Assembly (NCBI GenBank): GCA_047495785.1
Contig: JBLDXI010000019.1
Span: 1,302,001 to 1,366,000 of the forward strand
DNA length: 64,000 nucleotides
Source of the DNA: Lepidodermella squamata
Taxonomy: Eukaryota > Animalia > Gastrotricha
Direction of reading: 5' to 3'
The notes under the pieces were generated by a model. That model was not told the DNA's origin. It was given only the letters and a program-made list of their open reading frames with translations, and made no database searches. A program made the position numbers and the translations under genes. Below are positions 1-12,407 of this stretch, piece after piece; the stretch's first letter is position 1; the number at the start of each line of letters is the position of its first letter.

Positions 1-566
1 TAGTTGTCGGCGATAGTCACGCCCCTGTCAAAAAGAATCAAAATAGAATGAGCAGTAGTAGTCATGATAATTGCTCAGCATTAGATGATTCCTTCAACCA
101 GTCGGAGGCTCCGCCTAACTCGTCCGGTGAAGCAGAAGCGATAAAGCGGCAGCAATCTGTCCATGATATTTTTAATAAGATAGATCAAACAGTATCCACA
201 GTCAAGGGGAACATCTCCACTCTGCAAAAAGACGGGTGAATATTGCGCTCTTAACAGCTTGCTTGACCTGCTCTTTCCAGCTTCTGTGCTTCTCAATGTT
301 CTTCTTCTAGTGAAGAGTTGTACGGTACGTCTACCTCAAGAGCCAGCGTTTACGCTGAAGACACAGCTTCCATTCGATCTAACGATTCGAGGTCTTCTAG
401 AAACCTGTCTCCGCGAATGATCAAGGTTTTTTATTGTTTGTTTTATTGTCATATCATTCCAATTGTCATTTTCCAGATCGATCCTCAAAATCGCCGAATA
501 TCGGGACTGGCACCGACTGCACTTCAGCTTGCCAATGATCACGATAACACCGATTTTCCGTTGTAA
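1..566 (+). CDS. 3' part of a spliced gene of unknown identity (Ser-rich; weak resemblance to the LysMD1/2 C-terminal helix)
   Basis: ORFs 48-239 and 318-566 join in frame across a GT-AG intron from 236; second intron ~426-475; stop at 564-566; AATAAA near 867. Confidence 0.5.
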
Positions 567-1034
567 ATGTATGCCACATCGATTTTCCGGTGACTCCGAT
601 ATTAGTGATTGATCCATCTGCGGCGATATGCGAGTTTATATGTTGCGTCCTCGTAATGGCATCACGAAAATGGCTCTTAGATTGGAAAACATGGTTCTAA
701 TTTTATTGCGCAAATTCCTCTTTGTATCATGACAAATCCTCGTACAATGCATTAGTCTTTGGTATTTTTGTGACGATTAGTGCTCGTTTTTACCTGTGTT
801 ACTTGTAATCATTGCTGGCAATCAGAATCGCGTTTGTACGAGTAATTTAAATGATGAGAAACGAGAATAAAAATAATTACATGACATGCTCTAATTGTTT
901 ATTAACTTCGCACTACACAAGCTTAAGCCGATAATTGCAATTATATCAACCAAATTGAGTGACAGGTGAAAACGAGATAAAATAACTCTAGTCGTCGAGC
1001 GACTGGCTGCTAGAGTCAATTTTGACGAACCATT

Positions 1035-4000
1035 TTATTCTGGTAATAATTCGTCAGTGTCTACGTTACCGAAGTCGTCGTCTGCTTGTTGCCCCCGTCT
1101 AACAGCAGCCGTTCTCGGTCTTTCTGGACCCAAAGGATCATTATAGGTCATGTTCTCCAGATTCGGAGGCGGTCTAGCCTGCGGTCTGTTGGCTGGATTG
1201 CCGCTGCTATCATCTGTAACAACAAACAAATCGAAAAGTAAGCAAGATCCACAGAGTTTTCCATCCGATACAGCAACAAGACACTCAACGGAAAATAGGA
1301 TAACATATCAAGTTAAGCAAAACAGTGGCACAATTTTCTAACCGTTGGCCAATGAGGATCCCCCATACATTGGTGGCTTAGTGCCATCATTAGATGGCTG
1401 ACGAGTCACGATTTTTTTAATATTCGAAGAGCTGGGAGGTGATACTTAACATACGTTGGCTTATCTGTCTATCTGAAATGCTTCAATAACAACATACCTT
1501 GCCCACTGCTCGAATGTCCACTTCCCTTGCGGCCAGCGCTCTCGGCACGCTACAAAAACAATGTCATTGCAGCATAATTGAATATTTGTTGCGATGCAAA
1601 CCTGATCTCGTAATTGCTTTGTTTTCTCGACTCGTTTCAAGCGGTTTGCGTATTCTTGGGCATCGCCTAATCCCATATCGGCGCATAATCGTACGAGAAA
1701 TTTCAAACATTCGGTGTCCTCGGGGAATTTCTTGTGAATATTTTTGTAAGTCTCCAACGCCTGTTGATAATTTCCGGATCGTCGATAGCAGCTTGCAACC
1801 ATCAACTGCCATTTTACTTGTTGCGGTCTAAATGATAATGACAACAACAATGTTGCAGTGTTATTGAGTAATGTAATATTATTCTTACTGCACTACTGAT
1901 GCTCGCTCGAAATATTTGATCGCTTTATCGCAAAACTGGGTGTCAATGTAATACGCGCCAAGCCATTCAATGACTTCGATATTAGAGGGATAATAGCGGT
2001 AGGACTGTAAAATATTCCCGTCAATGTCATATCATATTCAAATATAATCAGTCACTCATACGTCAAAATAGTGCTGAAACGCGCGTGACTTTTCGCCTTC
2101 GTTATCTGCGAGTTGTCCCAAGCGCTTGAGAATCGACGGGTCAGATGGTACAATACTGACAACTTGCAGATACCACTCCTGAGCTTGGGCAATGTCCCCT
2201 ATTCTGTCGTAAATGTCGGCGATATGATACAAGACTTGGGACGAGTGTCTCATGATGTATTGCAATTTGTTGAAACAATCAAGAGCTTCCGGGTAACGAT
2301 TCAATCGTTTTAGCGAAAGGCCTGACATAAAATAAAAGATAGAAATAATTTCTATCTGAAAAACTATAGTTCGTACCTAGATTGAACAGCGCCTCTACAC
2401 AAGCCGAGTCATTGCCAAGCGCTTCACGATAATAATCCGCAGCTTTGTCATACTCTTTAGCCGCGAAAAAGCAGTTTCCTCGATTCACCAAAGCTGAAAA
2501 TATTAGTAAATGTAACCAATCATTTTGCGATTGGAATCGACTCATTACCAGCAGGGTTGTACCGATCCGATTGAATCGAAAGCTCAGCATACCGTGTTGC
2601 ATAATTCAAGTCGTTCTCCTTAATGAAAAATAGCAAAGCATCAACTTAAGACAAAAAGCCGCTAATTTAACGAAGAATGCCGAAGAAGTACGCCAACAAT
2701 AATTTTGCAAAAAAACTCATCGGATTGATTCATTTTGGATTTCGGGAATCCGTAAGGGAAACAAGAATTTAGCACAATTTTCACGTGATAATAATGATTG
2801 AAATAAACAGTAACTAAAAACAAGTGAACACGCAACAAATTTCGCGCAAATAATGGATGCATCCAATTGAATCTTACCTCCTTTGCGCCCTAAATCATGC
2901 GCAATTAGAATTACGAGATGCGTAATTGATTCTCACTTGGCAATTTCAGCGCTTAAAAACTTACCAGGTAATATAAAAACGATAGATTCAGCGCAGCAGT
3001 TGCAGCAATCTTGCTCTCCTTTCGTTCGAACTTTTTCAGCAAGTCCACTGCCTATTCAATGAGATAAAGCGATGAAAATCTGGATTTCGAAATCAGGCAA
3101 ATTTAAAACTAAGCACCTGTTGGAATTCCTTTGCCTTCAAAAACATGATGGCTTTATCTATTTCGAGCTCGGCCGCGAGATCGGCATAGCGGGAGACTTT
3201 GACTTGATCGATACACCTTAATGGCGAGAGCGATAAAAGTAAACACGCATGGTTCAAAAAAATTACCAATCGTATCCTGCATCAAAGGTTTGTTCGATCA
3301 TCGGAGATACTAGCTTTGCAGCGGTTTTGATGCATTTATCACTCGAAAATCGCCTAAAATTAATAGTTTGACGTTTAACGCATGGCCACACGATAATTCG
3401 AGCCATTACTTCTCTTTCTCATATTGTCTCAAGGAATCATTTCGCACTGCCTCCAAAAGCAATGAACGATGCTTGTCTTCCTTTTAGAAAAAACTCATTT
3501 GTTGACAATTTGTTGAGATAAAAAAGTTGGACCCACTTTGTTCGGTAGATATCTATCTTCGTCAATTTTCAAATCTACCGTGAGCATCTTTTGAAAGGCA
3601 GCCTTCATGCCTTCTCTATTTCCCATTGCAAAATGGCAGATGATAAGGTTGAAGCCGGTCTGAAAACTGGGGGTTTCTGCCATAACGAATTCGAACGATT
3701 GTATTGCTTCTTGATATTGGCCAAGTTTGACAAAGGCTACTCCAATATTATGAGTGATGCGAATTCTGAAAACGTCACACAATATAAAATTTAAGCTGTT
3801 GTGGTTCAGCGGAGTTTCTCACCGCAAATAGCGATGCGCATTTTGTACTTGATCGAGCCCCATCCGATAATGCTTGAGAGCTTTACCGAAAATCCGCTGT
3901 TTCATATAAATATTTCCGATATTTACGTTAAGACGACCTATATGATATCATATTTGAGCCAGAAAAATCTCAAATAATATTCTTACCGATATTAGGAAAT

Positions 4001-4896
4001 TGTTTGCTTTTCACAATGCCTTGATACGTTGAGAGAGCGTCGCTATACATTTCATTCGCCTCCTGTTGAATTGCCAAATTGAGAGAAACCTGCGAGGAGA
4101 GTCAAGTAGTGAATAAGAAACGTTATTCGACTATCGAGCAACAAACCGAATAAGTCAGATCCAAGTTCAATGGTTGGTCAGCAGAAATCTGCTCCCGCTG
4201 TCTGATAAGCATCTTGTCATTTCTAGCTGCTTCTTTGGCTATTTCAAGAGCTTTTTTGTAGTTTCCTTGGGAGCTCGCTATAACACTCTCCTCGACCATA
4301 TCACTTATTTTCTTTTCAGCTTGTTTTAATTTATCTTCGGCATTCTCTTCGCTTCTAGCTTCTCCAGTTGACTTCTGAAGCAGCATATCTGGCTCTGAAA
4401 AATGCATACCAAAGACTCTAATAACGTTCGTTGTCTGAAATCAGATTATTACTCTTTGCCCCTGAAGTAAAGCCAGCAGCTCTCATTGCCGTCATCGGGC
4501 GAGCTGGGTCACCCATGCCACCCATTGAAGTTCCCAAGCGAGTTCCTGGCTTCTGGGAGGCCGTGGGAACCCTTCCAGTTGTAAGACGACCGCCGACAAA
4601 ACCAGCAGCACCAGATTGAAACTAGACAAAAAGAGATTCCGGGACTGTAATTTTCAAATTGTTTGCATGATAATTATTCAAACCGGGGGTTTTCGTCCAT
4701 GGCTGGTTCTTACAGCAGTTTGGAAAGCCAAATCGTTCTCCAATCCCTTAAATGGATAATCAAGGATTAACATATTCTCTCCATCGATTTATTCGTTTTC
4801 GCATTTCTTTTATTTCAGTTAACGCAAATTGAGACATACCTGCGTTTCCAGTGCGGGATTGTAATTCCCGAAATCGTACATGTCATTGCCAGGCAT
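1035..4896 (-). CDS. IFT88: Intraflagellar transport protein 88 (TPR protein), multi-exon
   Basis: N-terminus MPGNDMYDFGNYNPALETQ|GLENDLAFQTAVRTSHGRKPP, TPR exons (ALVNRGN..AKEYDKAADYYREAL; VKWQLMVASCYRRSGNYQQAL) and C-terminus YNDPLGPERPRTA..DELLPE* match IFT88. Confidence 0.97.
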
Positions 4897-5199
4897 CGAG
4901 AGAGTTCGGGTAAAAAATCAGTAAATATCTAAAGAGTTACAGCGATAATCTTTATCAGGTATAATTTTCATTTTCCCATAGTAAGTTGCCGATTTGCTCC
5001 TTCAGATTCAGCGATTCAGTTCTACATAAGGAACTGAGCTCCCCAGACTTGGCTCGCCATCAAGTCAGAGGCTACGTTTCTGTGACTTGAGTACTTAAGT
5101 ACTTGAATTAGATCTCTCAATTCTCTATCAATTGAGCATAGCTTTATCACCAAATAAGGGTATACATATAAATGCATAAAAAATAATAATGTAACTTTG

Positions 5200-5876
5200 C
5201 GCACTCAAATGATGACTACCCAATCTAGCAAATCTGTCAATGGACCCGAAGAAGCGCGTCGACACAAAATTCAGCTACACCCGCTTCAGATGTGGCAAGA
5301 GGAAGGAAGTCAGTTAAGAAGGATAAAAGAGGTAACGCAGCTGTTGAGATTGAGACCCTACTTGTCCACACGACAACTGGAGGCTGCCTCCAAAACATAC
5401 GCACTACCGTTCCTAGAATTTGGTATGGTGCCATATAAGTTCGCGGCTTCCGCGACTACTCTTGAAAATTGAAAAATTGGATGCCGTACAGGTTAGCTTC
5501 TACAAAATCACTGGAGCCACGCAACCCCTTGGGCAACGTCGTTTGTAGGAGTGATGACCTACTTGTACAAAATCATCGTTGTTAGATGTGGCACAGCTCA
5601 GGTTCGATCGAAATTCAAGCGAATTTTCAAACGGCGCAGTCCTACGCGAGAATGCACTGCCAATCACAATCATCAAATCAGCCTAGCTAAACCTGCGACC
5701 AAGCCCAGTAATATTGAGCTGTTTGAGCTGTTAAACTATATTGTACAAAAATGGAATAATCTTCCTACATTTTTGTTCCCATCAGTGATCAATGTCGAGC
5801 TCTTCAAAATAATTGTTAATGACCTAGCGCCATAGTCAACCATGCGGGCCAGACATTTTTTGATAAATAAAAAAAG
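5200..5876 (+). pseudogene. Decayed 3' fragment of a LINE (post-RT C-terminal region)
   Basis: Broken frames LRLRPYLSTRQL..LPFLEFG and NHNHQISL..VQKWNNLP resemble LINE ORF2 C-termini; stops and frameshifts; A-rich tail ataaataaaaaaa at ~5864. Confidence 0.65.
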
Positions 5877-6387
5877 CATGATGCGTGATAAGCTGCGGCT
5901 GAGGAAAGTAACCGTGTCAGCTGAAAATCGAACACCGCATCACATCAACCAATGAGCTTACAGATAGTGTCAGAGCCATAACAATTGATCGCGCTTCTAG
6001 GGAGTCTGACGAAGACCGGGCAAGACATTTAAATAGCCCGAGATATCTTATGGTCGTATCCACCGACGCATTTACTCACTAACCAAAATGTTTTTCACAC
6101 TAAAATTTAATGCCATATCTCTGTTTATGTTAAAATGACTTCAAGAGTGCTATAACATCAGGAGAAGAAAAATTAAAAAAATTATGTAATCGGGTGGTTG
6201 TTCGCTGCGTTGGGGAGAGAAGAGAGCCCTTTTCCTTTCTCCTCGTCCTGCTCTTGGGGACAGTTCTTAGCACTTAGCAATCCCAAGTCCCAGGGGACAT
6301 TTTGCGGTCAGCGGAAATTTTCCAAGTGCAAATTGTAACTGGCTATCTTTTAGACTTTTAGACCTTTCATTTCTAGTCCAAACCTCC

Positions 6388-6575
6388 TCCAATTTCGTTG
6401 GTAGAAGTGCCCTCGAAGATGACGTCGCTCTCAGAGGTCTCCCTCTCAGTTGCCTCACTCTTAGAGGGCAATCCACCCCAACTTAACCATAACCTTGTCC
6501 TTAACCTTGACCCTCCAAGAGCGAACCATCTGAGAACAGCGCCCTTTTAGAGGGCACTTCTATTAACAAAATTGG
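6388..6575. mobile_element. Palindromic MITE with telomere-like core
   Basis: Left tccaatttcgttggtagaagtgccctc vs right reverse complement tccaattttgttaatagaagtgccctc; ~70-85 bp imperfect arms with ctctNagag units around a taacc-rich core. Confidence 0.7.
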
Positions 6576-8117
6576 AAACGGCTATTTTGGAGTCAGCAGT
6601 CGGAAGTCGGAGCCAATAATGGTCAGCATAGCATCCGCATACCGCATAGCGCATCAAGTGAAAAGTAATCTTTGTAATTGTTAGTGTAACAGTTATTGTA
6701 GCAGACCCCGAGAAAGCGAACAATCGCACCGGAGCCTGCTAAAATTCTATAAGAGCCCAAGAGCCAATAGTCCGCATTTGGACAAAGCAGTCATAGGCCC
6801 ATGTTTGTTCTGTGTCATGCGTCCTGCGAAGCGAGTCAGGAGCTTGGGCTTTGGGTAGGTCAGGGGAAGGATTTTCGGCAAAGTAATTACATGAGTTACT
6901 TCTCTTTTTCATGCTTTGTGGCATCTTCCTATTCAATGTTTTTGCTCGTCGTTTTCGGTGTTTGCATCACGTTTGACGTACCTGGATCTAGCAGGCCAGT
7001 TCCACCCGACCAGTTCACCCGATTACCAATAGTGGAGAGCCAAATCGCACAATCTTAGAGGTAGTAATCAATTTTTGCGAGTGAAGATGGACTTCGCAAA
7101 AACGGTATTCGCTTAAATTCTGGATTCTGGAGCTTTGAAAATGTTACTGACACAAAAATGACTATATGTTCGCGAGAAAAAAAGCCGTCGCGAAATTGTT
7201 CACATTGCGAAGATATTGGAATCGCGAAAATTTTACGCAAAGCCAAGATGTCTGCAATCACAAATCATAAAGTTCCTCACGAGACCGATGAAACCATGTA
7301 GAGCAGTAGTCGCAACTCACCACGGCTTCTTTCCTGTATTTCCAACACATCGGCCAAAAGCTCTCTTCATGAGGTTAAGGAGCTACTTCAGCCCAACTCT
7401 ATATCATATGAATCACTAGGCTTTTCATTTAGAGAGTAATTGGCGGGTAGAAAACTTGGAGTGTGCGGAACAGCGCAAAAATTAAATACGAAGATGATGG
7501 CGTAATAATTGCTCAAATCCGATCGTGTGTAAAATAGGGGCACTACCAGCTAGTGGATAAAATTAAAACTTCAAAGGCGAATTTGTACCTTCTTTCGCCT
7601 AGCTGTTACATAAAGCTGTCGGTGGTTCAAATATAAATCTATATCAAGTGAAGGGCTTTCTATCGGTGCCGTTCATTTTCCTGAACCTGAATGTATCGTT
7701 TTTTTTAGAATTTTCAAATGAAAGTTGCGTTGGAAGAGGACACAATTTTACCTCTATTTGATAAGAAGTTTCATTATTTGAAAATGAATCACACGCGGGC
7801 ATGGAAGATGGGGTAGATGCCAACAATGTTAAAATTTTACTAGTGATGGTCAAGCAAGCACTGCTTAAACCCGCAAGGCGTCCATAGCAACAACCATTCG
7901 GAAGGATGAAGGGGCTAGAGTCTTGCTATAGAAACTTTGCAAGGAAACGCGACGTCTTTTCCTACCACTCTTAAGACGTTAAACTTGCTATTGTCAAGCA
8001 GTTCTCCTTCGAATTTTTTCAGTCGTTGATTCGCTGGCCAAAATTCAGCCCTGTTCTATTATTTTTTGCTCTGTCAATTGATAGAATTTTACAATCGTCC
8101 ATTTCCTGCGTCCCGTG

Positions 8118-8711
8118 ATGGCTTCCGGTTTCTTGAGATTCTTTGGATGTAAAACGCGGAAGGAGTTCACCGATTGGATTACCAGGTTATTTGGCCCATT
8201 GCTAATTCTGTGCGATGTAAAATAATTGTTTTTACTGTAGCACTCATTTCTGGGGTCCCGTGTGTAACTGGACACTGCCATTCGCTGCAATTTTAGTTTG
8301 TTTCTAATTTTCAATATGTTTATTTTGCATTAACTGTAATATTAACAGGACACTCAAAAATCTCCAGAAATCATCAGCCCACGTATGACCACTGCTATGG
8401 CTTTATATTCGGCCGTTTTCATGCGATTTGCTGTCAAGGTCCAGCCGAGGTAGAGTTGAATTGTGATATTTGTACTAAAAGATGAAGCTTTTCCAATTAT
8501 TCAGAAACATGCTGCTGTTCGCTGTTCATTGTGTTAACGAAGCTGCCCAGATTTCGCAACTGTGCCGTTATGTTAAATATACGTAAGTAGGGAATTTCAA
8601 ATAAAGTTTCGACGCTAATAGATTCATGATTTTAGGTATTTTTTGAACGAGAAAGAACGTGAGGAATACTTGAAATCATTCAAGCAAGTGCCTGCGATTA
8701 CCTCATCCTGA
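8118..8711 (+). CDS. MPC1: Mitochondrial pyruvate carrier 1, 5 exons
   Basis: Spliced [19 protein letters not shown]|[25 protein letters not shown]|[12 protein letters not shown]; missed by the ORF track. Confidence 0.95.
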
Positions 8712-8924
8712 AGATTTCTGCCGGTCGTTATTAGATTTGTGGATTTAGCGTATTGTTATTTTTGAAAATCCTGCAAACCGAGTGCAACATCTTATTTGTG
8801 CGGTGTTATTTTTGCTAGATAGTTCTCCTTTACATTACCTGATGATTTATCTTATGCACGGCTACTAATAAAAGACCCGGAAGACATCGTACAATTATTA
8901 TTGTTTATTGAGTATCGTATATTA

Positions 8925-11187
8925 TTATTGGTTGTTTTCATGATTTGGTGTTGAAGAAGCTCGCTTTGACGCTGCGCTGCCAGGCGTTGGCGTCGCCAAC
9001 ATAGAACTGGCTAAAATGCTGCCTCTGTTCTTGTGGCTGGAATCAAGTTTCTGACTGCCAGGTGAAGGCAAGCTGTCCACAGGAGAAAGCACCGATGGTT
9101 TTCCAAGACCCGCATTTTTCGGAGGTGCCTTGGCATTAAAATTAAGTTGCTTTTCAGTGAGACCAGGGGCCTTGGCCTGCGATAGTTTGGAGCCTTGAAG
9201 CTCTTCTGGCCAGTGGAAAAATCCCTGAGCATCTGAATCTTCCCCGTTGATCCCCAGAGCTTCAAGCTCAGCCCTCGTTCGTTTGACAAGTGGTAGCTTC
9301 TTGCCAGTGATAGCTAGTAGCTTTTCTTCTATAGGTCCAATTGTCACGAAGTCCTGCAATTAAAAGTTAGTGATCACTGGTTCAAGGGCCAGAAAAACTT
9401 GAAATGTACCAAGTATGGATCATCTCGGCCATATTCCGGCATAGTTTCCATAACAAATTTGTCATTGGTGTCCAGGCTTTCCAGGCCTTTCAGCTCCGCA
9501 TCTTTGTCTTCGATATAAGGTAAATCTGTAGACACACCCACACTCACAAAGTGAGAAACGTCAAGCAGCTTTCTTTGAACACTTTGGATTTTGGCGCTAA
9601 CTGGACGAGTTGAATCCACAGCAAATCTCGTGTTATCTAATTCAAATTTCGAGCCATTTCCTTTGGATTATTGACAACTATTTACCTGTGTCAGATTCTT
9701 CCTCCAACTCATTCGATGACGCAATGTCTTGCTGTCCTTCATCTTCGTAGTCTGACAGGCCCGAAAGATCTTCATCTCCATCAAAGCATTTGAACGCATC
9801 AGTGTCTGTTTGCATGAAGTAGTTATCCTCTTCATCCAAAAGCTCTTGTTCTTTGAATAGAGAATTGAAAATGCTCCTAAATTAAAGCATTTGATAAAAA
9901 AAAATAAGAAGGTGAAATTATTACTTTGAAAATTTGATGTCGTCCACTTTGCAATCAAATAAGAAGCTGAGAAGTTCCAAATTCTTATCTTCAAGAACGT
10001 TGACATCTTGCTGCAATTTGGTGTATTCCTCTCGATGTATAGCGAGCTGGAATTATGAACTAAATGGTGTTTATTCAGATAATTTGAAACTCACTTCACT
10101 GCGCAAAAATTTGCTGTCTTCCAGTTCAACTCTTCCTCCTAATTGGAGGACACTCATTGCTTTCTGTATTTTACAAACAAAAATTAGATTAGCATAACGA
10201 TTGTCTTAGTTCAGCGAAAAAGCAGCAAATTATGAAACAATTTCAAGCCAAGAATAAATCTGAGTCATACCCCATTTCGAATGAGCTAATCCACATTTAT
10301 ATTCCGTTACGAAGATTGGATAAATAAAAAGAAAATCTAACCTCCGCAGCTTTGATCTTCTCACTTTCCACACTTTCCTCCGCATTTTTCAACACACTGA
10401 CTTTTGTTAGCTCCAAATCTTGAATTAGGAAAGCTGTGATGAATATTAAAAATGATAATTTTGATTCTTCAAATGCTTTAGAATGCCACCTTTCTTCTCT
10501 TCGAAAATCTGAATATTTTCGAGCTTCTCTCGTTCCAGCAGGTCTATTTGTGATTGTTGAGCAGATTTTCCGTAATTCAGGTAATCTTTCCATTCGTTTA
10601 CATCTACTTGAAGTCTATTCGTTTCAACCTCCGCCGCTATGATGGATTCATGAATATCTTGAGAAAAATATAAGACATTTATCCTGCCAGATTAATTTTG
10701 ATAATCGTAACCTACTGCTTAATTCTTGCTCTTCCAAGTCACGAAGCTTCCACATTTCAAGCAAAACAGAAATAACCGAATCGTGTCCCAGACTTTCCGG
10801 TTTGTCGGTGCTGTTCCGCCATTCCCTCGCTTTATCGATGCATTGAGCCGTTAAGGCTGCCTGTTCATCCAGCAGGTGCTCATTCTTCGTGAAAACGGTG
10901 CAAGTTACACAATCGGGTACTATTTCATCAGCAACTTGTTTACCCTTGATGACATGTTATCGTTTCTTTGTTGCATTTTTCTGACCTCAAACTTCAGCTC
11001 GTCAACTTCTTGTTCTTTCATTGTGATCCTAAAAATTGAAAGATGAATACCCATCATATTATCCATACTTCCAGCATTCAGCGAACTTGTAAGCTAGAAG
11101 TACTTCTTGGAAAGACATCTGATTTTCGCCGCCCTTTCCTTTCTTTTTGCCGCTCTTCTTGCCTCCTTTCTTGGCTTTCGGTCCCAT
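8925..11187 (-). CDS. CCDC83: Coiled-coil domain-containing protein 83-like, multi-exon
   Basis: MGPKAKKGGKK..EVLLAYKITMKEQEVDELKFEV and LAIHREEYTKLQQDVNVLEDKNLELLSFLFDCKVDDIKF align from memory with CCDC83. Confidence 0.75.
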
Positions 11188-11849
11188 GGCTGCTCGGTCA
11201 AGCTATTTTCTGTCAATTCTAAACAGCAAATAATCAAAACTCATGTTAAATTTAGTTTTCCTGATATTATTAATTTTCTTCGACCTCTTCATGACTAAAG
11301 TGTTGTTACCAATTCCGGTTTTAAAAGGGTGAGGCAGACAAATACTTCACTATGTTTCACTCACTCCAACGATAATTTTCCCACACGGAGGAAGCAAGAC
11401 GCAAGACGCAAGATAAAAAGAAAAAATATCGCTTTTAATCAGCGCTGGTTGATTAACATGAGAGAATACGTCAAGTTGCCCATAACATACTAACTATTAA
11501 ATTAATGAGACTAAAACTAACATGAAGTTGATATTAGTAGTCAGCCCCTAGCGCTCGGGTTCAAATCCAAGTATACATCAAGAGATTAATCAATTACTAA
11601 TTACTAATCCATCCATCCATTAGTTAGGTATGTGAAGTGCTGACGTTCAAGTTTATAAAAACTGTCATAAGGAATGCAATGCTGATGCTAAAAAGCCTCA
11701 AACGGTTTCTAAGCAACAATAATAATAATAAATCATTATCAACTGCTGTGTTTATATTTTTTGTTTTCTAAAATTAATTTAAAATAAATGTCGAATTAAA
11801 AAAAGAAGCAACTTTTAGACATTTTTGATGCATTGTTTTGCCCTTCGTC

Positions 11850-12012
11850 ATTCCGGTGTGCGCGATTTGCTCTGAGAGCATGCCTAAAAGCGCGCGCACA
11901 TGGAGCATGCTCTGAGAGCTGTTGCTCTGAGGGTGCGTGCTCTTAGAGCATGCTCTCAGGGCACGACTAATTCCACGCATAAAGATGCTCTTAGAGCGCG
12001 CTCTAAGAGCAA
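11850..12012. repeat. Left TIR, array of GCTCTNAGAGC palindromes
   Basis: gctctgagagc, gctcttagagc and gctctaagagc repeated; inverted relative to 17450-17669. Confidence 0.85.
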
Positions 12013-12407
12013 GTAAGCCATTTTAACATTTACAGTGTCTGCGCGTCCCATTAATTTTCCATGTCAAACTGATTGCCTAATTATAATATGCTTATTTTAG
12101 GCCAAATTTTAGGAAGGGCTTTTTCATTTAACTTTGGCTCAAATTTGCGACAATGTACTATTGCGCCATCGACGTTTATTATAAGCATGCACTGAATAGT
12201 TACAATTCTAATAATCAAATTCCGCGCGAAAGGCGAGCGCGCCGTCACGTTAGTCACTTTCGCCGTCGCAACGAGGCAACAATCAGTTGTGTGGTTAAAG
12301 GAGCTCATAGCACATATTCCCACATTTTACTTGGAACTATACGTGCTGGACCTGGTCGTTTTTCCTAACGAATTACTTATTCCATATTTTCTAGACTTGT
12401 TAAAAGC

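Noticed and set aside
7070-7240. Cluster of tcgcga/ttcgcaaa motifs
   Set aside because: Possibly an old MITE, but no definable termini.
10165-10341. Longer CCDC83 intron with a hairpin and ACA
   Set aside because: No H box and no recognisable guide.
11545-11575. GGTTCAAATCC tRNA T-loop/B-box
   Set aside because: No cloverleaf or A box; at most a SINE remnant.
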